Part shown: positions 18,268 through 29,128 of the stretch, piece after piece
Numbering within the stretch: position 1 is the stretch's first letter
How the letters are laid out: each line of letters begins with the position of its first letter
Assembly (NCBI RefSeq): GCF_000195955.2
Contig: NC_000962.3
Location: forward strand, 2,250,001-2,282,000
Source: Mycobacterium tuberculosis H37Rv
GTDB taxonomy: Bacteria; Actinomycetota; Actinomycetes; Mycobacteriales; Mycobacteriaceae
Direction of reading: 5' to 3'
DNA length: 32,000 nucleotides
Notes under the pieces: model-generated
What the model was told of the DNA's origin: nothing
Databases searched by the model: none
What the model saw: only the letters and a program-made list of their open reading frames with translations
Program-made: the position numbers and the translations under genes

Positions 18268-18726
18268 CTAGGCAGGCCATTCAATCTGCGGAATCGAAAA
18301 ATTCGGTTCCAGCCTGCTCGTTTCCTTTCCGACAGCGATCTGACGTTGCGTAACGTCATTTGTACGGACTCTTTTAGCGGCATTGATTTCAGATGCCAAC
18401 GCCGTCTGTGCTGTAGCGCCGATTGGCCGAAACTGTAAATTTGTATGATTATTTAAATCTTTGACGAACACGCGCCACAAACGTACTATCTCTTTGGCAA
18501 AGTCCACCGGCATCTCATTCAACGGTTTTGTTTGCGCGTGGTCGTCATATGTTGGTAACTGTGTAACCGGCCGCCTATCTTGCGCGTGCATCATATGACT
18601 ATGAATCGGCCTTCTCCAGTGAAATTGATACAAGATCGATCCGATAAGCGGTACCTTGTACACAGTGCAATTGTAGTAATTCGCGTTTTGTCCTACGCTT
18701 GTATTCTGCGTGAAGAATTCAAACAC
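18268..18726 (-). other. A/T-rich patch containing an orphan 152-codon ORF (Rv2023A-like position)
   Basis: Composition changes sharply; 18421-18480 has 22 G/C of 60. ORF MFEFFTQNTSVGQNANYYNCTVYKVPL... has no family I recognise. Confidence 0.55.
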
Positions 18727-20240
18727 GCCAGGCCCGGGCCGTCGTCAACCAATTCGCGGTATGCCTCAACCACTTTCGGGAACAGCTCGGCAACCTGCTT
18801 GGACGTCTTGATGTCCTTGGCGAACGCCACCGCCCGACGCATCGGCGGCTCACCGGCGACAATGCCGGTACCGGACCGCTTGGCCAGGCCATTCCAGCAG
18901 CCGACGATCTTGGAGGCGTCGTCGAGCATCAGCTCGCCGGAAACCCCGGAGAGTTCCTGCTGCAACCGGGGCGCGATCACGCCCTGATCGACGGTGAGCA
19001 CCATCACCTTGTAGTCGGTGAGCAGCCCGCGCTCCACCGCCTCGCCGAACGACAGCCGGTGAAACTCCGGCCCGAACGTCAGCTCGTCGTCCATCGACAC
19101 CAACTCGGCGGAGTGCTGGTCGGCCCTGTCCTTGATGCTCTCGGTGAAAATCCTTGGCGTGGCGGTCATATACAGCCGCCGGGCCGCCTTCAGATACTGA
19201 CCGTCGTGCACCCGCACGAAGTTCGACTCATCGTCCCCCGCCAGCGTCACGCCGGTGGTGCGGTGGGCCTCGTCGCACATCACCAAGTCGAACTCGTCGA
19301 CCCCCAGCCGTTGGGCCTTGGCCACCGTGGGCAGCGACTGGTAGGTGCAAAACACCACGGTCAGGCCCTGGGCGCGCCTGCGGTGCGCCATTTCGTGCAG
19401 CAATACCCGCGCGTCGGTGGTGACCGGGATCGGCACATCGTGGACGTGGTAGTCCTCGGCCGAGCGCGACACCTTGGTGTCCGAGCACACCGCGAACGCC
19501 CGCACATCCAGCTCACTCTGTGCGGTCCACTCCCGCAGCGTCTGGCTCAACAGCGAAATCGAGGGCACCAGCAACAGAATCCGCGCGCTGCCGCCGTTGT
19601 CGGCGGCGATGCGCTCGGCGATCTTGAGCGCGGTGAACGTCTTGCCGGTGCCGCAGGCCATGATCAGCTTGCCGCGATCGTTGCCCACCGCGAACCCGCG
19701 GAACACCGCGTCGATCGCCTGCTGCTGGTGCGGCCGCAGCTCGTGGCGTTTGGCCGGGGTCAGGTTCACCTGCAGGTCGTCGGCCGGCCAGGCGATGTCC
19801 CAGTCGATCGGCGATTCGGCGATCTCGGCCATGCCGATGCGCTGCACCGGGACCAACTGATCGGCCAGCGCGTCCTCGGCATTGCGGCCCCACCGATCCG
19901 TCGTGGAGATGATCACCCGGTTGGTGAAGCCCGTCTTGCCCGACGCGGTGAAAAACGAGTCGATGTCCCCCTTGGCCAGTGTGTGCGTCGGCTCGTAGAA
20001 CTTGCACTGGATCGCGGTGTAGTTGCCGGTGTCACGTTCGCGGGCGACCAGGTCGATTCCGGTGTCGGTCCTGCCCCGCCGCTCCGGCCAGTCGATCCAC
20101 CACCACACCGCGTCGTACTGCTGGGCCATCGTCGGGTCCAGCTCGAAATAGCGCACCATCAACTGCTCGAACTTGGTCCCGCGCTCCGCGTTCGACGGAG
20201 CCTTCCGGAACGCCTCGATGACGTCGTGCACCGACCCCAT
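18693..20240 (-). CDS. N-terminal half of Type ISP-like restriction enzyme: Mrr-like nuclease + SF2 helicase motifs, C-terminally truncated (Rv2024c-like)
   Basis: 515 aa; TGIDLVARERDTGNYTAIQCKFY (Mrr-type D...QxK), LIMACGTGKT (Walker A), LVMCDEAHRTTG (DEAH), RLYMTATPRI; ends abruptly with LNSSRRIQA as it enters the A/T-rich patch, with no helicase-C, methyltransferase or TRD. Confidence 0.88.
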   Translation of the reverse strand: MGSVHDVIEAFRKAPSNAERGTKFEQLMVRYFELDPTMAQQYDAVWWWIDWPERRGRTDTGIDLVARERDTGNYTAIQCKFYEPTHTLAKGDIDSFFTASGKTGFTNRVIISTTDRWGRNAEDALADQLVPVQRIGMAEIAESPIDWDIAWPADDLQVNLTPAKRHELRPHQQQAIDAVFRGFAVGNDRGKLIMACGTGKTFTALKIAERIAADNGGSARILLLVPSISLLSQTLREWTAQSELDVRAFAVCSDTKVSRSAEDYHVHDVPIPVTTDARVLLHEMAHRRRAQGLTVVFCTYQSLPTVAKAQRLGVDEFDLVMCDEAHRTTGVTLAGDDESNFVRVHDGQYLKAARRLYMTATPRIFTESIKDRADQHSAELVSMDDELTFGPEFHRLSFGEAVERGLLTDYKVMVLTVDQGVIAPRLQQELSGVSGELMLDDASKIVGCWNGLAKRSGTGIVAGEPPMRRAVAFAKDIKTSKQVAELFPKVVEAYRELVDDGPGLACLNSSRRIQA

Positions 20241-20503
20241 AGTTCAATGACCATACTGGCGGCAACCGACACGTGGCGGGATCCCTCGCGTTCGATCCAA
20301 CCCAACCAGCTCGGCCAACCGCATCGCGGGCCGGCATCTTCGCCGTCCTAACTCGGGAAATAGCGGTTGTCACTATCTGAGCGCAGCTATCTCATTTGCG
20401 GAGAACTAGCCCTGATCAATTCCTGCCTCGGTTACGTGTGTCATGATCAGCCGGCCAGTTCGAGGTTGAGGTGACCTTCACATAGTGAAGCCTCCCGGGT
20501 TTC

Positions 20504-20785
20504 GTGCGCACCTTCTTTCGAGGGAAGGACGCCACGCTGAGCTGCGAGTTCGTCGCCGAGCATCGAGCCCGGTTCGAGGTCGCTGCGATCTGTCGCGTGC
20601 TGTGTGGGCAGGGCTGCAGATCACCCGGAGAACCTTCTACGCCTGGGCAGCGTCGGCCGCCGTCTAGGCGTGCCCTGCGGGAGATGACGGTCACCGAGCC
20701 CCTGGCCGGTTACGACGGGCCCGATACCGATGGCCGCCGTAAGCCCGAGTCACTCTACGGTGCGGCCACGATCTGGGATCGACGA
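20504..20785 (+). pseudogene. IS3-family transposase OrfB remnant, frameshifted
   Basis: EFVAEHRARFEVAAICRVLC (frame 1), GLQITRRTFYAWAAS (other frame), RPPSRRALREMTVTEPLAGYDGPDTDGRRKPESLYGAATIW (frame 1). Confidence 0.7.
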
Positions 20786-21748
20786 GCCATGTTCAGCCGG
20801 ATAGGCGTGGATGAGGGCGGTGGTCAGCTTGGGAACGGTGTGGGTGAGTTCGTGTTCGGCGTCGTGGGCGATGCGGTGAGCTTGCGCGAGGTCCAGGGCG
20901 GGGTCGACGTCGAGTTCGGCATCGGCGTGCAAGCGGTGTCCGATCCAGCGCATCCGCACGCTGCGTACCGCCTGCACGCCGGGCCGGGCCGCCAGGGCTT
21001 GTTCGGCGGCATCGACCATCGCTGGGTCGACGCCGTCGAGCAGGCGGCGGAACACATCTCGCGCGGCAGTTCGTAGCACGGCCAGAATCGCCGCCGTGAT
21101 GAGCAGGCCGACGATGGGGTCGGCCAGTGGGAACCCAAGTGCGACACCGCCGGCCGAGCACAGCACGGCCAGCGAGGTGAATCCGTCGGTTCGAGCGTGT
21201 AGTCCGTCGGCGATCAGGGCGGCCGAGCCGATGCGGTGCCCAACCCTGATGCGGTAGAGGGCAACCCACTCGTTGCCGATGAATCCGACCAGCCCGGCCA
21301 GGGCGACCCAGCCGACATGCTCGATCTGCTGCGGGTGGATCAGGCGGGCGATGGCTTCGTAACCGGCGATGATGGCCGACATCGTGATCATCGCGACCAC
21401 GAACGACCCGGCCAGGTCCTCGACGCGACCGAATCCGTAGGTATATCGGCGAGTGGCGGGCTTGGCGCCCAACGCGAACGCGATCCACAACGGCACCGCG
21501 GTCAACGCATCAGCGAAGTTGTGGATGGTGTCGGCGGCCAGCGCAACCGACCCCGACATCACCACGATCACAATCTGGATGAGCGCGGTCAACCCGAGAA
21601 CCAACAAGCTGATCTTGACCGTACGGATCCCTGCCGCAGTGGATTCCAGGGTGTCGTCGACGCTGTCGGCGGCGTCGTGGGAGTGCGGCGCGAAGATCTC
21701 CTTGATCATCGCCGGCACACCTCGTGAATGAGCGTGGTCGTGGGTCAT
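20750..21748 (-). CDS. Cation diffusion facilitator family metal transporter (Rv2025c-like)
   Basis: 332 aa from MTHDHAHSRGV; VALAADTIHNFADALTAVPLWIAFALG, EWVALYRIRVGHRIGSAALIADGLHARTDGFTSLAV. Confidence 0.93.
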   Translation of the reverse strand: MTHDHAHSRGVPAMIKEIFAPHSHDAADSVDDTLESTAAGIRTVKISLLVLGLTALIQIVIVVMSGSVALAADTIHNFADALTAVPLWIAFALGAKPATRRYTYGFGRVEDLAGSFVVAMITMSAIIAGYEAIARLIHPQQIEHVGWVALAGLVGFIGNEWVALYRIRVGHRIGSAALIADGLHARTDGFTSLAVLCSAGGVALGFPLADPIVGLLITAAILAVLRTAARDVFRRLLDGVDPAMVDAAEQALAARPGVQAVRSVRMRWIGHRLHADAELDVDPALDLAQAHRIAHDAEHELTHTVPKLTTALIHAYPAEHGSSIPDRGRTVE

Positions 21749-21811
21749 CGGGCGCAGGCCCTTTGTGACAGCAGGCCAGATCGGCCGCGTTCGACCACCA
21801 AGCAAGCTCTT

Positions 21812-21835
21812 TTATCTGCATTCATACGCAGATAA
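21812..21835. promoter_or_regulatory. Inverted repeat upstream of CDF transporter, candidate metal-sensor (ArsR/SmtB, KmtR-type) operator
   Basis: TTATCTGC-ATTCATAC-GCAGATAA, perfect 8-bp arms, 64 bp upstream of the transporter start. Confidence 0.6.
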
Positions 21836-21862
21836 TAGCGGATGCTCTCGCCGGTTCCAGTA

Positions 21863-22747
21863 CTAGCTGGGACGGACGACGATCACCGGGATTCTCACCG
21901 AATGGGCTACCGCGGAACTCACCGAACCCAACAGCATGCCGGAAAACCCCCCGCGCCCATGGCTGCCGACCACCACCAGCTGAGCTTGCTCAGAATGCTC
22001 GAGCAGCCACCGAGCGGGCTTGTCGCACACCAGCGATCGGTGCACGCGGACATCCGGATACTGCTCTTGCCAGCCGGCGAGGCGTTCAGCGAGGACCTCA
22101 GCCTCTCTCTTCTCGCGCTCTCGCCAATCCATCCCCAGAACCGGAAACATCCCCAGATCGGTCCAGGCGTGCAACGCCACCAGGTCCACCCTTCGGCGGG
22201 AGGCTTCGTCGAAGGCTAGGGCCGTTGCCGCCTCAGAGGCTGGCGATCCGTCGATGCCCACCAACACCGGTGCATCGGAGTCGGGAGTCGCGCCATTACC
22301 GGAATGAATGATGGCCACTGGACACCGCGCATGGTGGAGCAACGCGGTGCTGATCGAGCCGAGCAGCAGTCGACCCAATGCGCCCATCCCCTGGCTGCCG
22401 ACGACCATCAACCAAGCCTGTTGGGATGCATCGATAAGCGTCGGCACAACATTGGAAAAGACCAACTCGGTATGCACCTGCGGCGGTTTGGACTCACCCA
22501 AGCTGTTGGTGAGCGCCTCGCGGGCCTGCTCAATGACCTGCTGTGCGTTGTCCTTTTGCCACTCAGTCATATTCGCGTACAGCTGGCCCACCGGCCAGCC
22601 GACAACCACAGGGGCAACAATGTGCAGCAGGGTGATGGGCAGCTGGCGCATGACGGCCTCACGGGCGGCCCAGGCTACCGCCGCGTTGGATTGCGCTGAT
22701 CCGTCGACGCCAACGAGTATTCCGTATTTCGCTGTCGCAGCAGACAT
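21863..22747 (-). CDS. Universal stress protein, tandem UspA domains (Rv2026c-like)
   Basis: 294 aa; [59 protein letters not shown]. Confidence 0.93.
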   Translation of the reverse strand: MSAATAKYGILVGVDGSAQSNAAVAWAAREAVMRQLPITLLHIVAPVVVGWPVGQLYANMTEWQKDNAQQVIEQAREALTNSLGESKPPQVHTELVFSNVVPTLIDASQQAWLMVVGSQGMGALGRLLLGSISTALLHHARCPVAIIHSGNGATPDSDAPVLVGIDGSPASEAATALAFDEASRRRVDLVALHAWTDLGMFPVLGMDWREREKREAEVLAERLAGWQEQYPDVRVHRSLVCDKPARWLLEHSEQAQLVVVGSHGRGGFSGMLLGSVSSAVAHSVRIPVIVVRPS

Positions 22748-22786
22748 TTCACGCTCCTTGCGGTCGGAACACAGTCCATCAATCCA

Positions 22787-24535
<1,749 letters not shown>

Positions 24536-24568
24536 TCAACCAACTGGTCTGGCTACCCAGCGGCACAG

Positions 24569-25408
24569 TCACAGATACTGCTGACCGACGACCAGCAGGG
24601 TGCAGCCGGCCTCCTGCAACACGGCGTTGCCCGGCGCTCCCACAAGTTGCTCCACATGCTCCTGGTCGCTCGCGCTGAGCACCACCATGTGTACCGATCG
24701 ACCCAGCCCAGCCAGATAATCCAGCAGCTCGCCGTGCACTGCCGCCGATTGCACCCGCACATCGGGATACCGTGGTTGCCAACGGGCAAGCCAGCGGTCC
24801 AGGCTGGCACGGACGTCGTCCCCGGTATCGCCCACTCCGGATTGCCGGCAGGTGACCACCCGAACCGGCGAGTCGCGCAGCCGTGCTTCGGCCATCACCG
24901 CCCCCAGCAAAACACCGATATCGGACGACCCGTCCGCCTCGACGACGATCCATGCGGCGTCGCGTCCGATGGGGACCCGGTGGGGTCGCACGATCGCCAC
25001 TGGGCACTGCGCCGATAACGCCAGGGCCGCTGCGGTAGATCCCACCCGCTCCGGTCGGAAGTGGTGCACGCCGATAGCGCCAACGCACACCAGGGCAGCA
25101 GCCGCCGAAGCGCGGATCAACGAGGTGACCGGCCGCTCCTGGGTGATCTCCACCTCGACCTTGACCGGCCGGTCCGCCGCCTCGACCGCTGTGAACGCGT
25201 AGCGCACCGCGTTCTCGGCGGCGGCGAGTTTGCGAGCCGCCGCGCCGTGTGCGGCGTACCCGGGATCGTCGGGTTCGATCGCGTACAGCAGACGCAGCGG
25301 GATGTCACGGCTGGCTGCCTCGTCGACCGCCCACAGTGCGGCTTGCACGGCCGGCTTCGAGCCATCAATACCGACGACGATCGATGGGGGTTTGTGTGAT
25401 TGGTTCAT
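24569..25408 (-). CDS. Universal stress protein (Rv2028c-like)
   Basis: 279 aa; SIVVGIDGSKPAVQAALWAVDEA; overlaps next gene by 4 bp. Confidence 0.92.
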   Translation of the reverse strand: MNQSHKPPSIVVGIDGSKPAVQAALWAVDEAASRDIPLRLLYAIEPDDPGYAAHGAAARKLAAAENAVRYAFTAVEAADRPVKVEVEITQERPVTSLIRASAAAALVCVGAIGVHHFRPERVGSTAAALALSAQCPVAIVRPHRVPIGRDAAWIVVEADGSSDIGVLLGAVMAEARLRDSPVRVVTCRQSGVGDTGDDVRASLDRWLARWQPRYPDVRVQSAAVHGELLDYLAGLGRSVHMVVLSASDQEHVEQLVGAPGNAVLQEAGCTLLVVGQQYL

Positions 25409-26424
25409 GGCGAGGCTTCCGGGTTAACGATCGGGTGCCAAACGTATTGATCCTGCCCGACTTCGGTGGGTTCGGCCGCCAGCTCGAAGAACCTCTCCAC
25501 ATCGTCGCGATTGCAGGCCGCGGTGCCTGGCGTCAGCAGCATGGCTGCACCTGCCGCGTTTCCCAAGCGAACGGACTTGATGAGCGACCAGCCACGGCTG
25601 AGGCCCACGGTAATCGCGGCCACCATCGCGTCGCCGGCGCCGACACCGCTAACCGCGGTCATCGGAATCGACGAAAATCGATGGCTCGCATGTCGTGTGG
25701 CCAATAGCGCGCCCTGAGATCCAAGCGAGACCACCACGACCTCGGCGCGCCCACGGTCAATGAGTTCGTGTGCGGCGGCCAGTTGTTCGGGCTCGGTCAG
25801 CAGTTCGGATCCGACGCACTCGCGCAGTTCCCGCACGCTCGCCTTGAGAAGAAACACCCCGGACGAAATGTGCTGCAACCCGCCACCAGATGTATCCAGG
25901 ATCAGCGGAGTGCTCGATCGGCGGCAGATGTCGGCAACCCGCTGATAGTAGTCGGCAGCCACACCTGGCGGCAGGCTGCCACTGGCCACCACAAAGGCGG
26001 CCGAAGCCGCCGCACCGCGCAGTTCGTCGAGGCATTGCTCCTGCTCCGCGACGGTCAGCGACGGCCCCGGAAGCACGAAACGATACTGCTTGGCGGTCCT
26101 GGACTCGTTGACCGTGAAGCTCTCCCGCGTCGAGGCCGCGATCGGAATGACGCGAAATGGCACTCCCGCATCACCGAGCAGCGCCATCAGCAGGCTCCCG
26201 GTCGACCCGCCGGCCGGGAACAGTGCTGTCGAGCAACCGCCGAGGACATGCACAATGCGGGCGACATTGATACCGCCGCCGCCGGGATCGTAGCGAGGTG
26301 CGCCACAACGCATTTTCTCGGTCGGGCGCACCACGTCGACGCTCGTCGTGATGTCCAAGGCGGGGTTCATGGTCAAAGTGATGATTCGCGGCTTGCCTTC
26401 GTCCCACGCCGCTGGCTCCGTCAT
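25405..26424 (-). CDS. pfkB: PfkB-family sugar kinase
   Basis: 339 aa; PGGGGINVARIVHVLGG and SGVGAGDAMVAAITVGLSRG PfkB signatures. Confidence 0.93.
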   Translation of the reverse strand: MTEPAAWDEGKPRIITLTMNPALDITTSVDVVRPTEKMRCGAPRYDPGGGGINVARIVHVLGGCSTALFPAGGSTGSLLMALLGDAGVPFRVIPIAASTRESFTVNESRTAKQYRFVLPGPSLTVAEQEQCLDELRGAAASAAFVVASGSLPPGVAADYYQRVADICRRSSTPLILDTSGGGLQHISSGVFLLKASVRELRECVGSELLTEPEQLAAAHELIDRGRAEVVVVSLGSQGALLATRHASHRFSSIPMTAVSGVGAGDAMVAAITVGLSRGWSLIKSVRLGNAAGAAMLLTPGTAACNRDDVERFFELAAEPTEVGQDQYVWHPIVNPEASP

Positions 26425-26440
26425 CGTCGTGGACTCTGCG

Positions 26441-28486
26441 CTACAGACCGGTCGGGTAGGTTTCCGGGTTCTCGCCGGCGATCCACCGGCTCGTCACCTC
26501 GAGAGGTTCCAGGGCACGGGTCTGATCGATGTGGATCATGGCGTCGAACTGGTCGGCGGGCCGCACGTGCAAGTAGTGACTTTGCCGTTCCGTTGCCGGT
26601 AGATAAACGACGCCGATGGCACGTCCCAACCGGACAACGTCCAGCGGGGCTTCGGCGTCGCGGCTTAGCCGCGCTGACACCAGGAAACTGTCTGCAGTCT
26701 GGTGGAAGAGCTCCTCGACACTGCCGTGCAGTGCCGGCCGAACCGCTTTGCGTTGGGCGATACCACCCCATTCGCTGGCCGCGGTGACGGTGCCCGTGTA
26801 CGTGCTGAATCCGATGCTGCGCGACTCGTCACCGTATCGCTCACGGACTATCTGGCCGAGGGTGAGCTGCCCGTCGGCCCACACCTCGGTAGCGCGTGCG
26901 TCACCCACGTGGGAGTTATGAGCCCACACCACTATTCGCGCCGGCGGCGCATCGAGGTGTCGGTCCAAATGCGTCAGCAAACTGCCAAGGGTCTGCGCCA
27001 TGTGCTGGTCGCGCAGGTTCCACGAGGTAACGCGTCCACTGAACATGGCCCGGTAATACACCTCTGCGTCGCGCACCGTCTGCGCGTTTTGCTGGGCGTA
27101 GAACAGTTCGTCCTCGGCAAGCAGCCCGTCTTGGCGCGCATACGCCAGGGCATTGCGCTGAACGTCGACCAGTTGCTCGACGGCTTCACGTTCGCACGAC
27201 GGACCGGCGCCGAATGCGGCCGCGAATCCGTACGCCTGACCGTCATCGGCGCAGGCATGGTCGAAGCACGCATACCGGGCCCGCGCCCGTGCCGCCGCAC
27301 GCGGGTCGACCTTGTCGAGATAGCTGATCACCTCTTGGATCGACCGATGCAGGCTGTAAAGATCCAGACCGTAGAAGCCGGCTTGCCGCAGCGCGCCCGA
27401 CTCGTAGCGCTGGTTGCGTGTGCGCAGCCATTCCACAAAATCTCGGACCACGGTGTTGCGCCACATCCAGGCGGGAAACCGCTCGAATCCGCTAAGCGCC
27501 TCGTCAGCGTTGGTGTCCTCGCCGAGGCCGCGAACGTACCGATTGACCCGGTAGGCGTCGGGCCAGTCCGCCTCGGCGGCTACCGCACCAAAGCCCTTCT
27601 CCTCGATCAGCCACTGTGTCATGGCGGCCCGGGCCTGGTAGAACTCGTGTGTGCCGTGCGAGCTTTCGCCGATCAACACGATTCGTGCATCGCCGACCAG
27701 CTCCGCCAACACCTCGTGCGTCGGAACACCCCCGGGGGCGTCGATCGCGACTCTGCGCAGAACATCGGCCGCCGTTGACGCCGCGGGCCGGCGCAGCGAC
27801 GGCCCAGCGGTCGGGGTGGCCAGGAGCCGGCGGACCTCCTCGTCGGTGACCTGCCGGAAGTCCCAAAACGACTCACCGACGGCCAGGAACGGGGTCGGCA
27901 TGGTCGCGCACACAACGTCGTCGACGAGGCCGGCGAACTCCCGGCACGTGGACTCCGGCGCCGCCGGCACGGCAATCACGATCTGCGCTGGTTGCGCATC
28001 GCGCAATGCCTGTACCGCCGCGAACATGCTTGCGCCGGTGGCCAAACCGTCATCGACGACAATGACCGTCTTGCCGGTGATATCGGTGGGCGGGCGCTCG
28101 CCGCGGTAGGCGGACTCGCGCCGAAGCAGTTCCCGACCCTCACGTTCGGCGATGTCGCGCAGTTGCTGCGGTGTGATCCGCAGGCCCCGCACGACGTCGT
28201 CATTGACCACGACGCGGCCGCCGCTGGCCAGTGCACCAACGGCGAACTCGTCATGCCCCGGGGCACCAAGTTTGCGCACGACGAAGGCGTCTAGCGGGGC
28301 ATGCAGTGCCGCGGCAACCTCCCATGCGACCGGGAGGCCACCCCGGGCCAAGCCGAGCACAATCACGTCCGGCTGGTCCCGATAGGCGGCGAGTAATTCC
28401 GCCAGCACCCGGCCGGCCTCGCGGCGGTCACGGAACACGCGCCGCGGCGAGCGCCGGGTGACATCAGCCGCTGCGGTCATCAGCAC
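26441..28486 (-). CDS. Fusion protein: phosphoribosyltransferase N-terminus + erythromycin-esterase-like C-terminus (Rv2030c-like)
   Basis: 681 aa; [22 protein letters not shown] PRTase motif; [51 protein letters not shown] and [15 protein letters not shown] esterase-like motifs. Confidence 0.92.
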
Positions 28487-28497
28487 GGACCCAGTGG

Positions 28498-28932
28498 TCA
28501 GTTGGTGGACCGGATCTGAATGTGCTTTTCGGTTGGCTTCCCTTCCGAAACCGCCACCGACACAGTAAGAATGCCCTTGTCGTAGGTGGCCTTAATGTCG
28601 TCCTCGTCAGCACCTACCGGCAGCGACACCGTGCGAACGAAGGAACCGTACGCGAATTCCGAGCGACCGTCGAAGTCCTTCTGCTCGGTGCGCTCGGCCT
28701 TGATGGTCAGCTGACCATCGCGGACCATAATGTCGACGTCCTTGTCGGGGTCGACCCCGGGAAGCTCCGCGCGTACCTCGTAGCGCCCCTCTTTCATCTC
28801 GTCTTCCAGCCGCATCAACCGGGTGTCGAAGGTGGGCCGGAGTCCGGCGAATGACGGGAAGGCCGCGAACAGCTCAGAAAACTCGGGGAAGAGGGACCGC
28901 GGGTGGCGCTGAACGGGAAGGGTGGTGGCCAT
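28498..28932 (-). CDS. hspX: Alpha-crystallin-type small heat shock protein HspX/Acr
   Basis: 144 aa [84 protein letters not shown]..., AGGAGG just upstream. Confidence 0.98.
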   Translation of the reverse strand: MATTLPVQRHPRSLFPEFSELFAAFPSFAGLRPTFDTRLMRLEDEMKEGRYEVRAELPGVDPDKDVDIMVRDGQLTIKAERTEQKDFDGRSEFAYGSFVRTVSLPVGADEDDIKATYDKGILTVSVAVSEGKPTEKHIQIRSTN

Positions 28933-28994
28933 TTGATGCCTCCTAATCGATGGAAACGGATGCCTTTGATCCGACCAGCCCATCGTGGCCAGGG

Positions 28995-29014
28995 CTAGGG
29001 ACAGAAGTCCCCGA
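28995..29014. promoter_or_regulatory. DosR box proximal to hspX
   Basis: CTAGGGACAGAAGTCCCCGA against TTSGGGACTWWAGTCCCSAA. Confidence 0.85.
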
Positions 29015-29051
29015 AGCGCGGGCCATTTGTCCGCGCCCGTCGGTGATCCAC

Positions 29052-29071
29052 TTGGGGACCATTGACCCTGT
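29052..29071. promoter_or_regulatory. Second DosR box in the hspX/acg divergent region
   Basis: TTGGGGACCATTGACCCTGT against TTSGGGACTWWAGTCCCSAA. Confidence 0.8.
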
Positions 29072-29128
29072 TGTCTGCCAACCGCCGTTCAGAAAGATCG
29101 GGGTGATATCGAACAGCGGAGGTTGATC

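Noticed and set aside
18268-18726. Calling the 152 aa ORF in the A/T-rich patch a genuine functional gene
   Set aside because: No family recognised, its start sits at the junction with the truncated nuclease-helicase and its stop lies in the flanking palindrome; kept only as a composition anomaly.
16421-20240. Idea that the tail remnant at 16.4-16.7 kb is simply the missing 3' end of the truncated gene at 18.7-20.2 kb
   Set aside because: The RvD1 segment known from M. bovis is understood to supply that gene's own C-terminus, and a second tail copy exists at 10.0-10.2 kb; a separate decayed copy is more likely. Not fully excluded without alignment to BCG.
19059-20351. 430 aa plus-strand ORF opposite the nuclease-helicase
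   Set aside because: Antisense to a protein with clear Walker A/DEAH motifs; no domain signature of its own.
25768-26787. 339 aa plus-strand ORF opposite pfkB
   Set aside because: Antisense to a well supported PfkB kinase; no independent evidence.
26702-27778. 358 aa plus-strand ORF opposite the PRTase/esterase fusion
   Set aside because: Antisense open frame over a strongly supported CDS; no motif recognised.
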